A stretch of 64,000 nt of DNA from Squalus acanthias (taxonomy: Eukaryota), in NCBI GenBank assembly GCA_030390025.1, contig CM059433.1:3782001-3846000 (forward strand), given 5' to 3'. The notes below the pieces were generated by a model, which had not been told where the DNA came from, did no database searches, and worked only from the letters and a program-made list of their open reading frames with translations. Shown in pieces: positions 1 to 13,675 of this stretch. Each line of letters opens with the position of its first letter. The first letter of the stretch is position 1. A program made the translations under genes and the position numbers.

Positions 1-106
1 CCCTTAAATGCATCTATACTATTCGCCTCAACCACTCCCTGTGGTAGCGAGTTCCACATTCTCACCACTCTCTGGGTAAAGAAGTTTCTCCTTAATTCCC
101 TATTCC
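1..106 (-). mobile_element. CR1 LINE 3' fragment
   Basis: ttccacattctcaccactctctgggtaaagaagtttctcc is the reverse complement of the CR1 ORF2 end (RNFFTQRVV) seen in the longer copies at 22.7 and 52.7 kb. Confidence 0.7.
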
Positions 107-663
107 TTGTAAGGTAAGAAATTAAATGGGGTGGAGGAGCAGAGAGATCTGGGAAGCCAGAAAAATAAATCACTAAACGTTAACTACTGGGCAAGAGGGC
201 AAAATGGAGAGTGAGACCACCTACACTGTGCTGACTTAACCCTTCTCGGCTGCTCGAGAGCACAGCTCATGGAGACCAAGGAACTGGAATGAAATCTGTC
301 AAATCGGGGGGAATTACTAAAATGGAAAATAAAATTAAAACATTTAAATAAATGTACAGGGGCCGAAAATCCATGGGAGCAGCATCCCAATGGAAGTGCT
401 GAATCAGGCATCTTGGAACCTCCGCATCTGACCTCATCAAAGTTTGTGTGGTTAGGGGGAGATCCCTTCATTTTTAATTTCAATGGCAGGTGCTCACACC
501 TCTAGGGCAGCATCGAGAGAGCCTGCCCACCAAAGAGCTGCACATGTCAATGAAGGTGGCCAACTGGGGGTGGGGGCGGGTGAGGTGCCACCATCCCGCC
601 CAGAAACAACTTTAAAGTGCCGCCAGGGTTTCTCTTTCTAAGGGAGTCATATTGAAATATATC

Positions 664-1682
664 GGCCTAGAAACTCGGCTCCGTACCGCCCGGCTTTTCG
701 TCGCTACAGGAGCCGTTTTGTGTCGAAAATGGCATCCGCGCCGCGCGCACACAATTCACAGAATCACAGAATCCCCACAGTGCAGATAGAGGCCATTTCG
801 GCCCATCGAGCCTGCACCGACACATATCCCACCCTATCCCTGCGTATTTAATCCCCCCTAACACTAAGGGTCAATTTATCATAGCCAAATCAACCTAACC
901 CGCACATCTTTGGACTGTGGGAGGAAACTGGAGCACCCGAAGGAAACCCACGCAGACACGGGGAGAATGTGCAAACTCCACACAGACAGTCACCCGAGGC
1001 CGGATTCGAACCCGGGTCCCTGGCGCTGTGAGGCAACAGTGCTAACCACTATGCCACCGTGTTCTGGTAAAGGACGCCATTTTGGTAAAGGCCAATCAAG
1101 AGGCGACCTTTACCCACATCTGAAGCAGGCATTAGGCCATTAACATATGCAAATAAGGGGCTTAACGCCTGCATCTGCTCCCTCTTGCAACTTTGGTTTG
1201 CGCCTGAGGCAGCCAGCACCTGTGCCGATTGACTCCAGCAGAACCAACGCACAAAATGGTAAGTACTTACCATAATCACCACTGCTCCTAGTCCCGATAT
1301 CTCCGACCTCACTCTCGACTCCGATGTCCAGGCCCCCCCCCGATCTCCCCCTGGCCCCGGCCCCAACCTCCTAGCCCCTAGCACTCCCGACCCCCCAACA
1401 ACACTCCGCACCCCCGTGATCTTCTTCCCCGACCCCCGACAGCCCTCCGATCGCACTCCGAGGCCCAGCCGTTCCTCCTCCAGACCCCCACGATCTTCTT
1501 CCCCATTCACTTTCCTGACAATTGGTGCACAAACCTGTGCAGGCTCCTACCGCTGCGCCATTTACAAGATAATGAGTTCCGAGGCCCAAAACCCCTGGCT
1601 CCTCGGACCCCCCATTTGAGAGCGGGCTGTTTGCACTCTGCGGTAAGGCGCCCAAAAATGGACCCTACTGAACTTCTAGGCC
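664..1682. mobile_element. Non-autonomous PIF/Harbinger-type element (MITE-like), interrupted by a V-SINE
   Basis: Termini GGCCTAGAAACTC (664) and GAACTTCTAGGCC (1682) are inverted. The internal gtcgaaaatggcatccgcg...ggacgccat sequence is shared with the left part of the Harbinger at ~41240. Confidence 0.7.
751..1061 (-). mobile_element. HE1-like tRNA-derived V-SINE
   Basis: On the minus strand: A box (tggcatagtggttagc), B box (gggttcgaatcc), V-SINE core (ctgtgtggagtttgcacattctccccgtgtctgcgtgggtttcc) and a (attctgtg)n tail. Confidence 0.88.
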
Positions 1683-1894
1683 ATATTGTTTTAAATTGCT
1701 AACCTTTTCTTTGTGGGTGGGGAGGGGTGGGGGCGGGGGTTGGTGGGTGGCGGGCTCCAGACCTGGTCCCTCGGGTAATCCACACTTCCAACATTCAGTG
1801 GCGTGGCTCCACTCCTAACAGTCCACCCCTGAATGCCCCGCACAAGGCTGGTGATTCCCAGTTCTGGACTAATATTCGGCCCATCTGCCACACT

Positions 1895-2096
1895 CATAGT
1901 AATGGGAGTAGGCCATCCAGCCCCTCGAGCCTGCTCTGCCATTCTATTAGAATTCTTTAACTGCATTTACTCATCTTTGATCCATATCCCTTGATACCCT
2001 TACTTAATAAAAATCTGTCGATCTCAGTCGTGAAAATTTCAATTGTCCACTGCCTTTTGGGGGAAGAGAGTTCCAGATTTCTACTACCTTTTGTTT
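1895..2096 (-). mobile_element. Degenerate CR1 3' UTR fragment
   Basis: ggagtaggccatccagcccctcgagcctgctctgccattc matches the reverse complement of the CR1 3' tail. Confidence 0.7.
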
Positions 2097-5000
2097 GAAA
2101 GCTACCATTTGTGCTAAAATTTTACAGTGGGTGTGCACCAGACGGACCATAGATTTACAACCCCCAGAAATACATAGCCTAATAAGCCCAAAAGTTTACA
2201 TTTAGTAATGCTTAGCATACCAGGCCCTAATACCTAAATTACTTAATGTGAAAGTGCTCTTCCGGAGGTAAAACTCATACCTTCACTTGAGAATTGCCTA
2301 CATTTCCAACATTACACTCCAATTGTCCAATCTCTGGATTAGAGGACAATACAGTAGCAAATCAGAAATAGTGACATTTAAACCTTGGAGTTTAACATTG
2401 ATGATTCTTTGAGAATTTATTTGAAAAAACCCCAGGAATGCCTGACAGCCTGAGGTGATGTGTGTGTGCAAGGCACAAGTGCATGTAGATAACTATACAA
2501 TTAGTGGTACGTTTTAGAGTAAGATTGACCTGACTCATTCATGGCTGTATTGATCATTAATGTTCAGTCTTTCAAATTCAAGCTCAAAAATTTAATGATT
2601 TAAATTCCCAGAGGATTTCTCTGCATTTCCAGTAAACATTGAGCAGTATGCTTATTCAACAAATATGTGAATGAATCTGAGACAGCAGAGACAAAGCAGA
2701 ATGAAAGCAAGATCTACTAGGGGCTCCTAAGATTTACAAATCATAAATAATGCAAGCGTTGCTCACAGTGCATAAGATGTTGATGTTGCCATGCCAGCGC
2801 AAACGCAGCAAAGGGAATGAAACGCAGTGTGAATGGCAAGAGGAAGGGAAGCTTGCCGGCAACCCGATCATTAATAAAATGAATGGTGAGTTGTCAGTGT
2901 GTTTTTCTTATTTGTTTTACTTTCGATCAACAAAGTATTGTTTTGGTTGCGGAGGATGTTAAGGCACCAGAGTCACTGATGTTCATGCTGTTGATGGGAA
3001 ATGAAGCAGTATTGGCAGCACTGAATGGACAGAGGCCTCCAGGCTGTGGAAAGGAAATTATACGGCACGTTTACACGATAGGATTGATTTTCTGAATGTG
3101 CCCTCTTGGTATGGAACCTTGTCCTTGATAAATCGAAAGTGGGTCCCCTACAATTAAATGTGTCCGTACTTAGAGGGCTGCAGCCCACTGCACGCGTGCG
3201 ATTCTCATACTTTCTGCTGCATTTCTCCGTATAAATGATTGAAGCCACGGGCCACCAATTGCATTGTGGACCTACAAAAATGTGGGTCTCCAAATCTGGA
3301 ATTTGCTTAAGGCCACCCGTTGAAGCAAAATAAATAGAGGGATCCTGCCCTGCACGTTTGCACTCTTCAAGCAACTGGCGCTCCATCGGAGACCCAATGC
3401 CAAATATAAAAGCAGCTAAAGAGGTACATGGAATTCACTCGCCCAAGAACAATTGATGAGGTAAAGTTAAAAACATCTTATGGAAAGGAGAGCAGAGGAG
3501 AGGAAACTAGAGCAAAGGAGAGGGGATGAGAGAAGAGAGCTAAAAGTGGAGAGGAGAGAGAAGGCTTAATAGAACTTGATAGAAATGGAATAAATGGTTC
3601 TTTTTACATAATATTTACCATAACTGAGGGAGAAAATGTCTACAAATCTGACGAATTTTACAATAAAGATTTAATTTTCACTAAATCACACAATGTTTAT
3701 GAAACTGTGGAGAGGATCGGCCTGTAGGTAATACTTTGTTTTCGACAGAGGAGGGCTCCAGCAAAGTAATTTCCTGTAAGTTGGAAAGGGATTGTGAATT
3801 CAGCGGGATGGATATTGCAATGGCGGATGTCAGATGCACCCAGCAAACTCCAATAGAGGGAACCTGTGCACAGCTTGCGCTTTAGGTTCACTGGGCCCCT
3901 GGTTCTATTGAAATAAGATCGCTGCCCTATAACGCACCCAGAGCACCATTTGAAATGGGCGTGAATGAGACGCCGCTATTCTATCTTTTTTAAATTTAGG
4001 CGCTCTTGCACTTTGACTCTCCGTGGCATCCCTGGCCCATGCTCCTTCGCCCCATGCCCAATACCCAACTGTCAGCCCGTCAATGGCTGCTGGCACTCGA
4101 TAATGCAGCCCCGCCACTCCCAATGCTCGAGCCTTATTATCAGTGACATTATTTTTGTTGTAAGTTACACCAGCATTGCTGCTACCCGTAGTATTTGCTC
4201 TCCTCTCTCTGCTGCCAGTCCAAGGATCAAAACACCTGAATAATCCTGCCACAAAATTAAAATACTAAAGGAGGTCTTTTATCACTGGCATTTGAACATT
4301 GCAACATTCAAGCCTGTAACTATTTTCTCCTAGAATGACATGCCCACAGAACTATTCCCTTAATTAATTTTACTGCACTTCAGAATTATTGACATTATCT
4401 GAATTTCTGTTTTTTGTTGCTTTTATTCTTAGCCTTTGTCATCTCTTCCAGCTAGGATAGTTTAAGCCTTGAGCTTCTCTATGACAACTATTCACCCTTT
4501 TCCATTATCATCAACAGTCCTGACAGTATCTGTACCATTAACTTCGAGATGTGTGTCTCTGAACCAACCAATCCATGTCCTATGATGTCCCTTCAGTTTC
4601 TCTTCCTTCCACATTTCCTTGTCCTGGACATTTGCTCACATTCATCTAATTTCTAAGAAAGTTTATCCCTTTAACCCTTCAAGCTACCACTCTACTGCCC
4701 TCAAATAAGTACCTTCTAAAGTAATGTAAGCTGCTGTTAAAATCACAAAAGTTAAGACTCTTGAAAGTCTTGACTTAAACTGTGATCGCCAGTATGGTTT
4801 TGGCGTGGCTGTTCTCCTGCTGATCTTGTTGCCTATGATGTGCACCTCTGGGACTCTAGTATCGAACACTTTAATGAAGCATTTATATTGTCTTGGGTAT
4901 CTCCAAAGCGTTTAGTAGGACAACTGACCATCATATGGCCTTCCAGCTATGTTCATGATTATCTAGAATCCTTCCCCATCACTCTATCTCCACTGTAGTT

Positions 5001-5199
5001 GATGCCTCATCTTCTGACATTTTTCCATTAACAGAGATTACCCTCTGTTCTTTCTCCATGTCAATTACCTCCTCCACTCATCATCCAACTCTCCCCTCTC
5101 TTTTGTTAATTGATTTCACTCTACAATCATTAATTTTCTTTAGATTGCCTGTCTTCAGTGTACACACCTCTTTTCTTCTCAGTGCCTTTTTAATCATGG

Positions 5200-5794
5200 T
5201 GTCAGAGTTAGGGAGGGAGTGACTGAAAGCTTGATCAAAAAGATGGATTTTGAGAATTTTTTAAAGGTGGAGAGAGAAATGGAGAGGAGCAGGGGTTTAG
5301 AGAAGGAGTTCCAGAAAGTAGGGCTGAGGCAGCTGAAGACTCTGTCACCAAAAATACACTGAAGAGAGAGGGAGGGCAGAGCAGAAAAGGCCAGAGTTGA
5401 AGGATAGAAGACCACAGGTGATTGTAGATAGGATGGAGTGAGGCCATGAACGGATTTGAAGATTAGGATGGGGGCTTTAAATTTTAAATTCAATGTGCTG
5501 GAGGAGAAAGACCCACTATAGGTCAGCAAGGATGGGAGTGATGGGCAAATGGGATTTAGTGAGGGGTAGGACCTTGGCAGCAGCGTTGTGAATACGTTGG
5601 AGTTTATGGAGGAGGATAGGAGGCTGGTAAGGAGGACACTGGAGAAATCAAGTCCAGAATTGACAAGTGTGTAGATAAGTGTTTCAGCGGCAGTGAGGAT
5701 GAGGTAGCAGTGGAGGAGGGCGATGTTGTAAAGGTGAAAGTAAGCGGTCTTGGTGATGCATAGTACGTGGGGTTTGAAGTTCAGCTCTGGGTCA
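5200..5794 (-). mobile_element. Old L2-clade LINE 3' fragment
   Basis: Translation IDPELNFKPHV..ITKTAYFHL..AETLIYTLVNSGLDFS..FGDRVFSCLSPTFWNS is the typical L2 ORF2 C-terminus. Confidence 0.78.
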
Positions 5795-6450
5795 ATTATC
5801 CTCTCCACTGCCTCCAGGGTTTGAATGTCTTCTTTGTGTCTTGGTGACCAGAACTGGAGACAGTACTCAAGGTTTCGTCTGACCAGAGCACGTAACATTT
5901 TAAGCATGATTTCCTCCATCTTGAACTCTACTGTTTTGACTAAATAGTTCAGCATTCTATTTGCTTAGTTGGTTGCAGCTCTGCGTTGATTGACCATCAT
6001 GGTAAAGATGATCAGTTCCTGTGCTTGGCAGCCTGCAATGTCTCCGCCCATCCACTTCAACAGGCTGACAATTGTGGGCTGCCAAACGCAGAAGTGGAAA
6101 ATCCCATCCGCTGCTTGTTAAATCTACTGAAACCCTTGGATCTCTTTCAACTTTATCTTTAGCTATTTTGAGATCATTCATGAAGTACTTATGTCACCCA
6201 CTCTTTCCTCTTAGACACAGTACTTTACACTCGCCTGTATTAAATTTCATCTGCCACTGATCTACCCACTTAAATATTTTATCTAATTCATTTTGAAGTT
6301 GCTGAATTGCCTCCTCAGTTTCAACTGATCTTTTTAGTTTGGTATTGTCTGCAAATGTGACCAGTTTGCATTGAGCTTCTGAATCTATGTTGTTAATGTA
6401 AATTAGAAATAGTCCCAACACTGCTCGACTGAGCAACTTACCCCAACAAG
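5795..6450 (-). mobile_element. Old CR1 RT fragment
   Basis: Translations FLIYINNID..FADNTKL..WQMKFNTGECKVL and ALVRRNLEYCLQFWSP. Confidence 0.78.
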
Positions 6451-6459
6451 ACATAACAA

Positions 6460-7450
6460 GGCCTATTCTGCCTTTCTGGTGACCGTCCGTCCGGTGGAGC
6501 GCACTGGTCGGCCTCCAATTCTGGCGGCGGAGAGGCCCCCTGTGATTTTTGAGGCTCCAGCCTCATTTCGATCTGGCAGGTGAGCTGCGGGACCTGAAAC
6601 AGCCATCACGTCGAGGCCTCAAAGCCTCATAATTGGGCTGGTGCAGCCACTAGCAAGGCGAGTTCTGGAGGGCGGGAGGGGCCGCGATTGCAGAGGGCGG
6701 GAGGGGCTGCGATTGCGGAGGGTGGGAGGGGCCGCGATTGCGGGGGGCGGGAGGGGCCGCGATTGCGGGGGGCGGGAGGGGCTGCGATTGCGGAGGGCGG
6801 GAGGGGCCGCGATTGCGGGGGGCGGGAGGGGCCGCGATTGCGGGGGGCGGGAGGGGCCGCGATTGCGGGGGGCGGGAGGGACTGCGATTGCGGGGGGGCG
6901 GGAGGGGCCGCGATTGCGGAGGGCGGGAGGGGCCGCGATTGCGGAGGGCGGGAGGGGCTGCGATTGCGGAGGGCGGGAGGGGCCACAATTGCGGAGGGTG
7001 GGAGGGGCCGCGATTGCGGAGGGCGGGAGGGGCTGCGATTGCGGGGGGTGGGAGGGGCCGCGATTGCGGAGGACGCAGGTTCCGGGGCGGGCGGCCCAGA
7101 TTATCTCTATAGGCCCCAGAGCACGCCTGCTCCTCTGGGGCCCACAAACATGATTCAACACTTCCCTTTAGCAGGCCTCTTCGCTTCCATCGCCTGTGGA
7201 GCCAATTGTTACACAGGCTCCAATCAGTTCCGACCTAAAATGGCAATCGAGGTCCTATTTATGTCACAGGACCCCAATTTCCATATAAAAAGGGGCTTAT
7301 CGCCTGAAGCAGGTGAGAGTTTTGGACACCCGGCGGTAGGCCTCTTTCCAAATGGACCCGGCACCATTGGCGGTGTTAATGGATTGGTAAGGATACCGAC
7401 CCCGTGTTGAGGCCCCGTTAACACCGGACGAAGGCAGTCAGAATCGACCC
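6460..7450. mobile_element. GC-rich MITE-like element containing a minisatellite
   Basis: Degenerate inverted termini ggcctattctg(cc) and cagaatcgaccc. GC-rich body resembles the other Harbinger-type MITEs here. Confidence 0.45.
6668..7072. repeat. 25-bp G-rich minisatellite, ~16 copies
   Basis: Unit ccgcgattgcgg(a/g)gggcgggagggg. The overlapping ORFs show the matching 25-aa periodicity. Confidence 0.95.
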
Positions 7451-7589
7451 AAACAATTCTAACAAGTACCCAGCCTTCCCTTCAGGCAGTTTTTTTTATT
7501 CCCAGGTTTTATCTTGAATACCTGGCTCATGAATAGGAACCTTCATATCGTCAAATTCTTTTTGGAACTCAAGGTCAATCACAACATCG

Positions 7590-8330
7590 GGCTTTTCTCA
7601 ATCCAGTTAGGATGGCCCTTCCTCAAAAAAGTCAAAGAGATTGGTCAACAGAACCTTTCCCTTTTGAACCCAGGACAGCTGCTGTTTACTTGGTTATTCT
7701 CATGCAAGTCATTCTCAATTTTGCTCCTGATAATTGATTCTATTACTTTACACAGTATTGCTGCTCGGCTAAGGAGCCTAGAGTTGCCTGTATCTGCTTT
7801 GTCATCCTTTCTAAAAATGGATACCATGTTAGCCTGTTTCCAGTTTACTAGAACCTCCCCAGTGTTTCTCTAACTCTCTCCTAGGAACCATCAGTGCCTC
7901 AAAAAGATAATCCCTTCCCTCTCCTATTACTCGGATAAATGCCATCCATCCATGAGGATTTATTTGCTTAGAGCTATTTTAGCTTATTATTAAATCATTA
8001 ATTTTACATGGAATATCATTAGTTAGGTATAGCATGTTGCTCATGTCTTCCCTGTTAAATACTTAGAATAACCATTTACTATGTTAACTATTTTATTGCT
8101 CATGCTCAGTTCTCCTTCTATTAGCATCTGTTAGGGTTTCACTTTCTCTTTGATTGCTTCTTACTGTTAGTGTATTTAAATAATTACTCACTGTTGTGTT
8201 GTAAGCTTCTTTTCCAGCCCTGCATGTCTGCATGTTCTTATATTTATCCCAGTGAACCCCTTCACCTTTCTCCCTGCAAGATTTAGTGTGGTAATTTTTC
8301 CTTATCATTTTGCTTCTGATTAGTTTGTTA
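7590..8330 (-). mobile_element. Highly decayed CR1 ORF2 fragment
   Basis: Translation MVSIFRKDDKADTGNSR...CKVIESIIRSKI resembles the CR1 RT N-terminal motif PLFKKGGREKTGNYRP. Confidence 0.6.
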
Positions 8331-8840
8331 ATTCACTCGGGGTCACATTTGTTTCGTCTTTGCTCCAGTTGTTTTAAGTCTAAGATACAAATCTTTCATT
8401 TTATTTTGACCTTTTCACACATCCATTATACACACACATGACCGTCTCATTATACATTCATACCTAAGAAGTAACAAACTGAATACATTTACTCAAAGTT
8501 ATATTTCATAGAACAAACCTGCACAATGGGAATTCAAAGAACCCTGGATGCTTAATCCAGCTGATTATAAGAGATTTTGAATAAATGTATATCTTGCTGA
8601 TCTTCCAGAAGGTAATTTCCATACCATTTCTTGTCTTTTATATTCATTCTCCCAATTTCTTTCCAAAAATAGAAAGAAACTTAAATATAGAATATATCTG
8701 AGAACATCATGGGCTTCTAAAACATTGAAATAAGAATTGATTCGACTTTGCAGAATGTATCCTTCCCATTGATTAGTAGAGGTGTCATTTTCAATGACAA
8801 AGCAATTAAAAAAGCTTGTAGAATGATAGGATATGTAGAT

Positions 8841-9255
8841 GAAAGACTTGCATTTATATAGCGCCTTTCACAACCACCAGACGTCTCAAAGCGCTTTACA
8901 GCCAATGAAGTACTTTTGAAATAGAGTCACTGTTGTAATGTGGCAGCTAATTTGCGCACAGCAAGCTCCCACAAACAGCAATGTAATAATGACCAGATGA
9001 TCTGTTTTAGTTATGGGATAAATATTAGCTAGGACACCGGGGATAACTCCCCTACTCTTCTTCGAAATAATGCCATGGGATTTTTTACATCCACCTGAGA
9101 GGGCAGACAGGACCTCGGCTTAACATCTCATCTGAAAGACAGCACCTCCGGCAGTGTCAGTCTAGTCTTTATGTGCTCAAGTCCCTGGAGCGGGACTTTG
9201 AAGCCACAACCTTCTGACTCAGAGGCAAGTGTGCTACCCACTGAGCCACGGCTGA
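8841..9255 (-). mobile_element. Deu-domain tRNA-derived SINE (SacSINE1/AmnSINE-like) with L2-type tail
   Basis: Reverse complement of the copy at 38480-39008: tRNA-like head, Deu core (gctgtctttcagatgagatg..aaaatcccatggcattatttcgaagaagag) and tail aaagcgctttgagacgtc..aaggcgctatataaatgcaag. Confidence 0.8.
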
Positions 9256-10643
9256 TCACTTGAAATGAAATTAAAGAATATAGGTCTATTAAAGTTATGA
9301 CACGTTAGAATCTAGCCATCATGCTACAAAAGGTATACTTAAAGCAGAAAAAATACACAAGGAAATCCCAAGTGCTATGGGAATTTGTTTTAAAAAGCTT
9401 AAGATCTACAGTTCAGAAAGAAGGTAGCAAAGGGGACCTAAAGTATAGAAAGTATTAAGTTGTATTAATAGGTAGGATTAATCCAGATTTATTACTTGAA
9501 AGTAAAGCCAAGGAAGAAGGACTAGAGGACATTAATGAAAAGCGAATTTAGAACACCAATTAGGAACCAGCCATCACTTTTCTTTCCTGGTGGGACAGAT
9601 CTCCACCAGGTCTTTCCTGACAGGTGATGGGCTGAAACTGCTTCTTCCTGTAGTTACCAGGAAATGTGATTTGGTTGTTATAACAATAATGGCGGAAAAT
9701 CGGTGAATCAGAGCAACTGCATCAGCAGCAAAACTTGGATTACAGATGAATAGAGAGTCCTTGGTGATCCATGGGAATTTAACACTTTTAACTGCGTCTG
9801 TGCCATTAAGCGAGACCTCCTTGTGGTCAGGGCTTACTTGTGATTGAAAAATCTCACAGGACGCGCTCAATATTAACAGGGGTCACCACGGCTTCGAACC
9901 AAGAGTTCTGTTTGAATGCTGACAATCAAGTAAACATGTTTGATACCAGTGGTGTCACTGAAATGCCAATGGCATCTGTCTTTGGATATTGGAAGAAGTC
10001 TCACTCCAGAAGAAATAAATATTGGTTGTAGAATAAAAACAGCTGATGCAAAGTTCCACTAAAAAAAATGCTAAGCTTTTAAAATTAAAACAAACACTGG
10101 CAGCCTGCTGTTGCCAGCATTCACATCTTTGAAAGCAATCAATGTTTTGACTTTTGGAAGTTACATATAAAATCACAATTTTACAGAGTCTTTAGCATTA
10201 TAAAGAAACAGAAGAAAACAGTTTTGTTTGGTTGTATAACAACTGCACAAGTACAAGGTTGTTGCGGTTGCATCAGGAAACTGGTTCCAGCAACCACTTT
10301 GGATTGGATTTTAATGATCAAGACTTGCTTCGTAGAGAAGTCATTATTATTCTCATTTTAAAATGCTCGTTTTGCGGTAGATTAATGCAGCACTGTTGAG
10401 TACATATCATATCCTTCCCTTTCTGCTTGATGCATTTAGCCAATACAATTGCATTCTGGAGCCTGGATAATTTTCACTAACTAATACGTCGACTTGCAAG
10501 AATAAAATGTTGAAAAATAAAAATCACAATGAAACTCACAAAATAAAAACCACAACAATAAACAAAAACCTTGAAACGCGAGTCAGCATGAAAAGCAAAA
10601 AATCTGCAAATGTTGCAAATCTGAAACAACAGAAAACGGTGGC

Positions 10644-11230
10644 AACAACAACAACAACAACTTGTATTTATATGGCGCCTTTAATGTAGTAAAACGTCCC
10701 AAGGTGCTGCACAGCAGTGTTATAAGACAAAAAAAAATTTGACACCGAGCCACATAAGGAGAAATTAGGGCAGGTGACCAAAAGCTCGGTCAAAGAGGTA
10801 CATTTCATGGAGCGTCTTAAAGGAGGAAAGAGAGGTGGAGAGGCGGAGAGGTTTAGGCAGGGAATTCCAGAGCTTAGGGCTCAGGCAACAGAAGGCACGG
10901 CCACCAATGGTTGAGCGATTATAATCAGGGATGCTCAAGAGGGCAGAATTAGAGGAGTGCAGATATCTCGGGGGGTTGTGGGGCTGAAGGAGATTACAGA
11001 GATAGGGAGGGGCGAGGCCATGGAGGGATTTGAAAACAAGGATGGGAATTTTGAAATCGAGGTGCTGCTTAACCGGGAGCCAATGTAGGTCAGCGAGCAC
11101 AGGGGTGATGGGTGAACGGGACTTGGTGTGAGTTAGGACACGGGCAGCCGAGTTTTGGATGACCTCAAGTTTACGTAGGATTGAATGTGGGAGGCCAGCC
11201 AGGAGTGCGTTGGAAGAGTCAAGTCTAGAG
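10644..11230 (-). mobile_element. L2-clade LINE 3' fragment
   Basis: ORF SRLDSSNALLAGLP..QNSAARVLT..ITPVLADLHWLPV..GGRAF..PKLWNSLP; (ttg)n tail. Confidence 0.9.
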
Positions 11231-11334
11231 TCAACACAGAGTACGTCAGTCAGCATCTGTACAGAGAACAGACAAGCTAATGCTTCAAGCATACAGCTGA
11301 TGAAGGATAGTATGCCTGAAATGTTAACTTATCT

Positions 11335-11910
11335 GAAATACGGTCCCCACCGCTGATAGCGGGCGCATTGGTGTTAACGCAATTAGCCCACTATAAGCAG
11401 TGGATGGTAAAACCGCCAAGTGTTGAATAAAGACGGTGTCAGTAGCCAGCTTAGCTTCCAGCTGCACCTTGTTCGTGCAGGATTCATCAGCTTCCTAAAG
11501 AGGAAAGGGACACAGCACTTTGACAGATAATGGAGAAAAAGACAATGAAATCTTAAATCTTCTCGCCTGAATGATGCTCCCAGTGCAAACAGTGGCACTG
11601 CAGCCCTGAGGCACTCAGCTCCTCAGGTGAATAGTTAACAGTACAAACATTTAATAAACTCTTCAATTTGCCTGAAATCAGCTGAGGTTTTTAAAACAGT
11701 AAATGTGGAGGATTAAGTAATTACGGTAATCACACTTTAACGAGCTGCAAAAGCTTGAGAATTGCCTAAAATAGCCGGCGCATTTAATACGTTGTAAGCA
11801 GCGCTTTTGCAAAGCACTTGTATGGTGAAGGAAAATGGTTGTCGTTAATTGCTCGGTATAGACAGTTGCCTGCCATAAACGTGGGCGGTATAAGAGGTGG
11901 GGACTGTACC
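11335..11910. mobile_element. MITE-like element
   Basis: Inverted subterminal motifs tacggtccccacc (11339) and ggtggggactgta (~11897-11909). Confidence 0.45.
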
Positions 11911-12654
11911 ACTGAGGCATTCACCAATGAACGAAATATAAAATACCAAAATATAAATGACGTGCACCTAAAAAATAACGAACAGGAAAAAACATTAAAA
12001 GATTGATTTTCACTTCCATATCATGTTAAAATAAGTGGTCAAGGTGACTATTTTTGGACTATCAGTGATCCAGACCCACAGCAATGTGGTTGACTCTTAA
12101 CTGCCCTCTGAAATGGCCCAGCAAGCCACTCATTTGTAACAAACCGCTACGAAACACAATAATAAGAATGAAACCGGACGGACCACCCGGCATTGACCTC
12201 GGCACTGGCTACGGACCGGCAACGGCACACCCAGCCCAGTCGACGCTGCAAAGTCCTCCTCACCAACATCTGGGGACTTGTGCCAAAATTGGGAGAGCTG
12301 TCCCACAGACTAGTCAAGCAACAGCCTGACATAGTCATACTCACAGAATCATACCTTTCAGCCAATGTCCCAAACTCCTCCATCACCATCCCTGGGTATG
12401 TCCTGTTCCACCGGCAGGACATCACCAATCCACCTGTCGCAGCTGCATCTGTCCATGATAGTATTGGTGACAGTGAAGTCCCGCCTTCACACTGAGGACA
12501 CCCTCCATCGTGTTGTGTGGCACTACCACCGTGCTAAATGGGATAGATTCAGAACAGATCTAGCAGCTCAAAACTGGGCATCCATGAGGCGCTGTGGGCC
12601 ATCAGCAGCAGCAGAATTGTATTCCACCACAATCTGTAACCTCATGGCCTGGCA

Positions 12655-13408
12655 GTTTATTTTTATTCGTTTATGGGATGTGGGCGACACTGGCAAGGCC
12701 AGCATTTATTGCCCATCCCTAGTTGCCCTTGAGAAGGTGGTGGTGAGCCGCCTTCTTGAACCGCTGCAGTCCGTGTGGTGATGGTACTCCCACAGTGCTG
12801 TTAGGGAGGGAGTTCCAGGATTTTGACCCAGCGACGATGAAGGATCGGCGATATACTTCTAAGTCAGGATGGTGTGTGACTTGGAGGGGAACTTGGAGGT
12901 GGTGGTGTTCCCATGCGCCTGCTGCCCTTGTCCTTCTAGGTGGAAGAGGTTGCGGGTTTGGGAGGGGCTGCCGAAGAAGCCTTGGTGAGTTGCTGCAGTG
13001 CATCTTGTAGATGGTACACACTGCAGCCACGGTACGCCAGTGGTGGAGGGAGTGAATGTTTAAGGTGGTGGATGGGGTGCCAATCAAGCGGGCTGCTTTG
13101 TCCTGGATGGTGTCGAGCTTCTTGAGTGTTGTTGGAGCTGCACTCATCCAGGCAAGTGGGGAGTATGCCATCACACTCCTTACTTGTGCCTTGTAGATGG
13201 TGGAAAGGCTTTGGGGAGTCAGGAGGTGAGACAGTCGCCACAGAATACCCAGCCTCTGACCTGCTCTTGTTGCCACTGTATTTATGTGGCTGGTCCAGTT
13301 AAGTTTCTGGTTAATGGTGACCCCTAGGATGTTGATAGTGGGGGATTCGGCGATGGTAATGCCATTGAATGTCAAAGGGAGGTGGTTAGACTCTCGCTTG
13401 TTGGAGGT
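12655..13408 (-). mobile_element. 5'-truncated copy of the same LINE family inserted in reverse into the 12.1-15.5 kb copy
   Basis: ORF 12719-13375 (TFNGITIAESPTINILGV...KKAAHHHLLKG) is near-identical to 14890-15400. The host sequence resumes in register (atggcctggca|tatccctcactctacc). Confidence 0.88.
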
Positions 13409-13542
13409 AGTCCAACACTCTACATATCCCTCACTCTACCATTACCATCAAGCCAGGGGACCAACCCTGGTTCAATAAGGAGTGTAGAAGAGCATGCCAG
13501 GAGCAGCACCAGGTGTACCTAAAAATGAGGTGCCAACCTGGG

Positions 13543-13675
13543 GAAACATAGAAACATAGAAAAATAGGAGCAGGAGTAGGCCATTCGGCCCTTCGAGCCT
13601 GCTCCGCCATTCAATATGATCATGGCTGATGCTCTATCTCAATACCATATTCCCGCTCTCTCCCCATACCCCTTG
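13543..13675 (-). mobile_element. CR1 3' tail inserted in the LINE
   Basis: aaacatagaaacatagaaaataggagcaggagtaggccattcggcccttcgagcc...ccatacccctt. Confidence 0.85.

Noticed and set aside
2973..3386. 137-aa ORF and similar short ORFs in unique sequence (9574, 19059, 36693, 46090, 60068)
   Set aside because: No recognisable domains and no consistent splice structure.
5194..5955. 253-aa ORF that looks like a CR1-L2 fusion protein
   Set aside because: Chance in-frame junction of two adjacent decayed LINE fragments; the L2 part drifts out of frame.
6619..7410. Gly/Arg/Pro-rich ORFs (also 25663-26471)
   Set aside because: Translations of GC-rich minisatellites.
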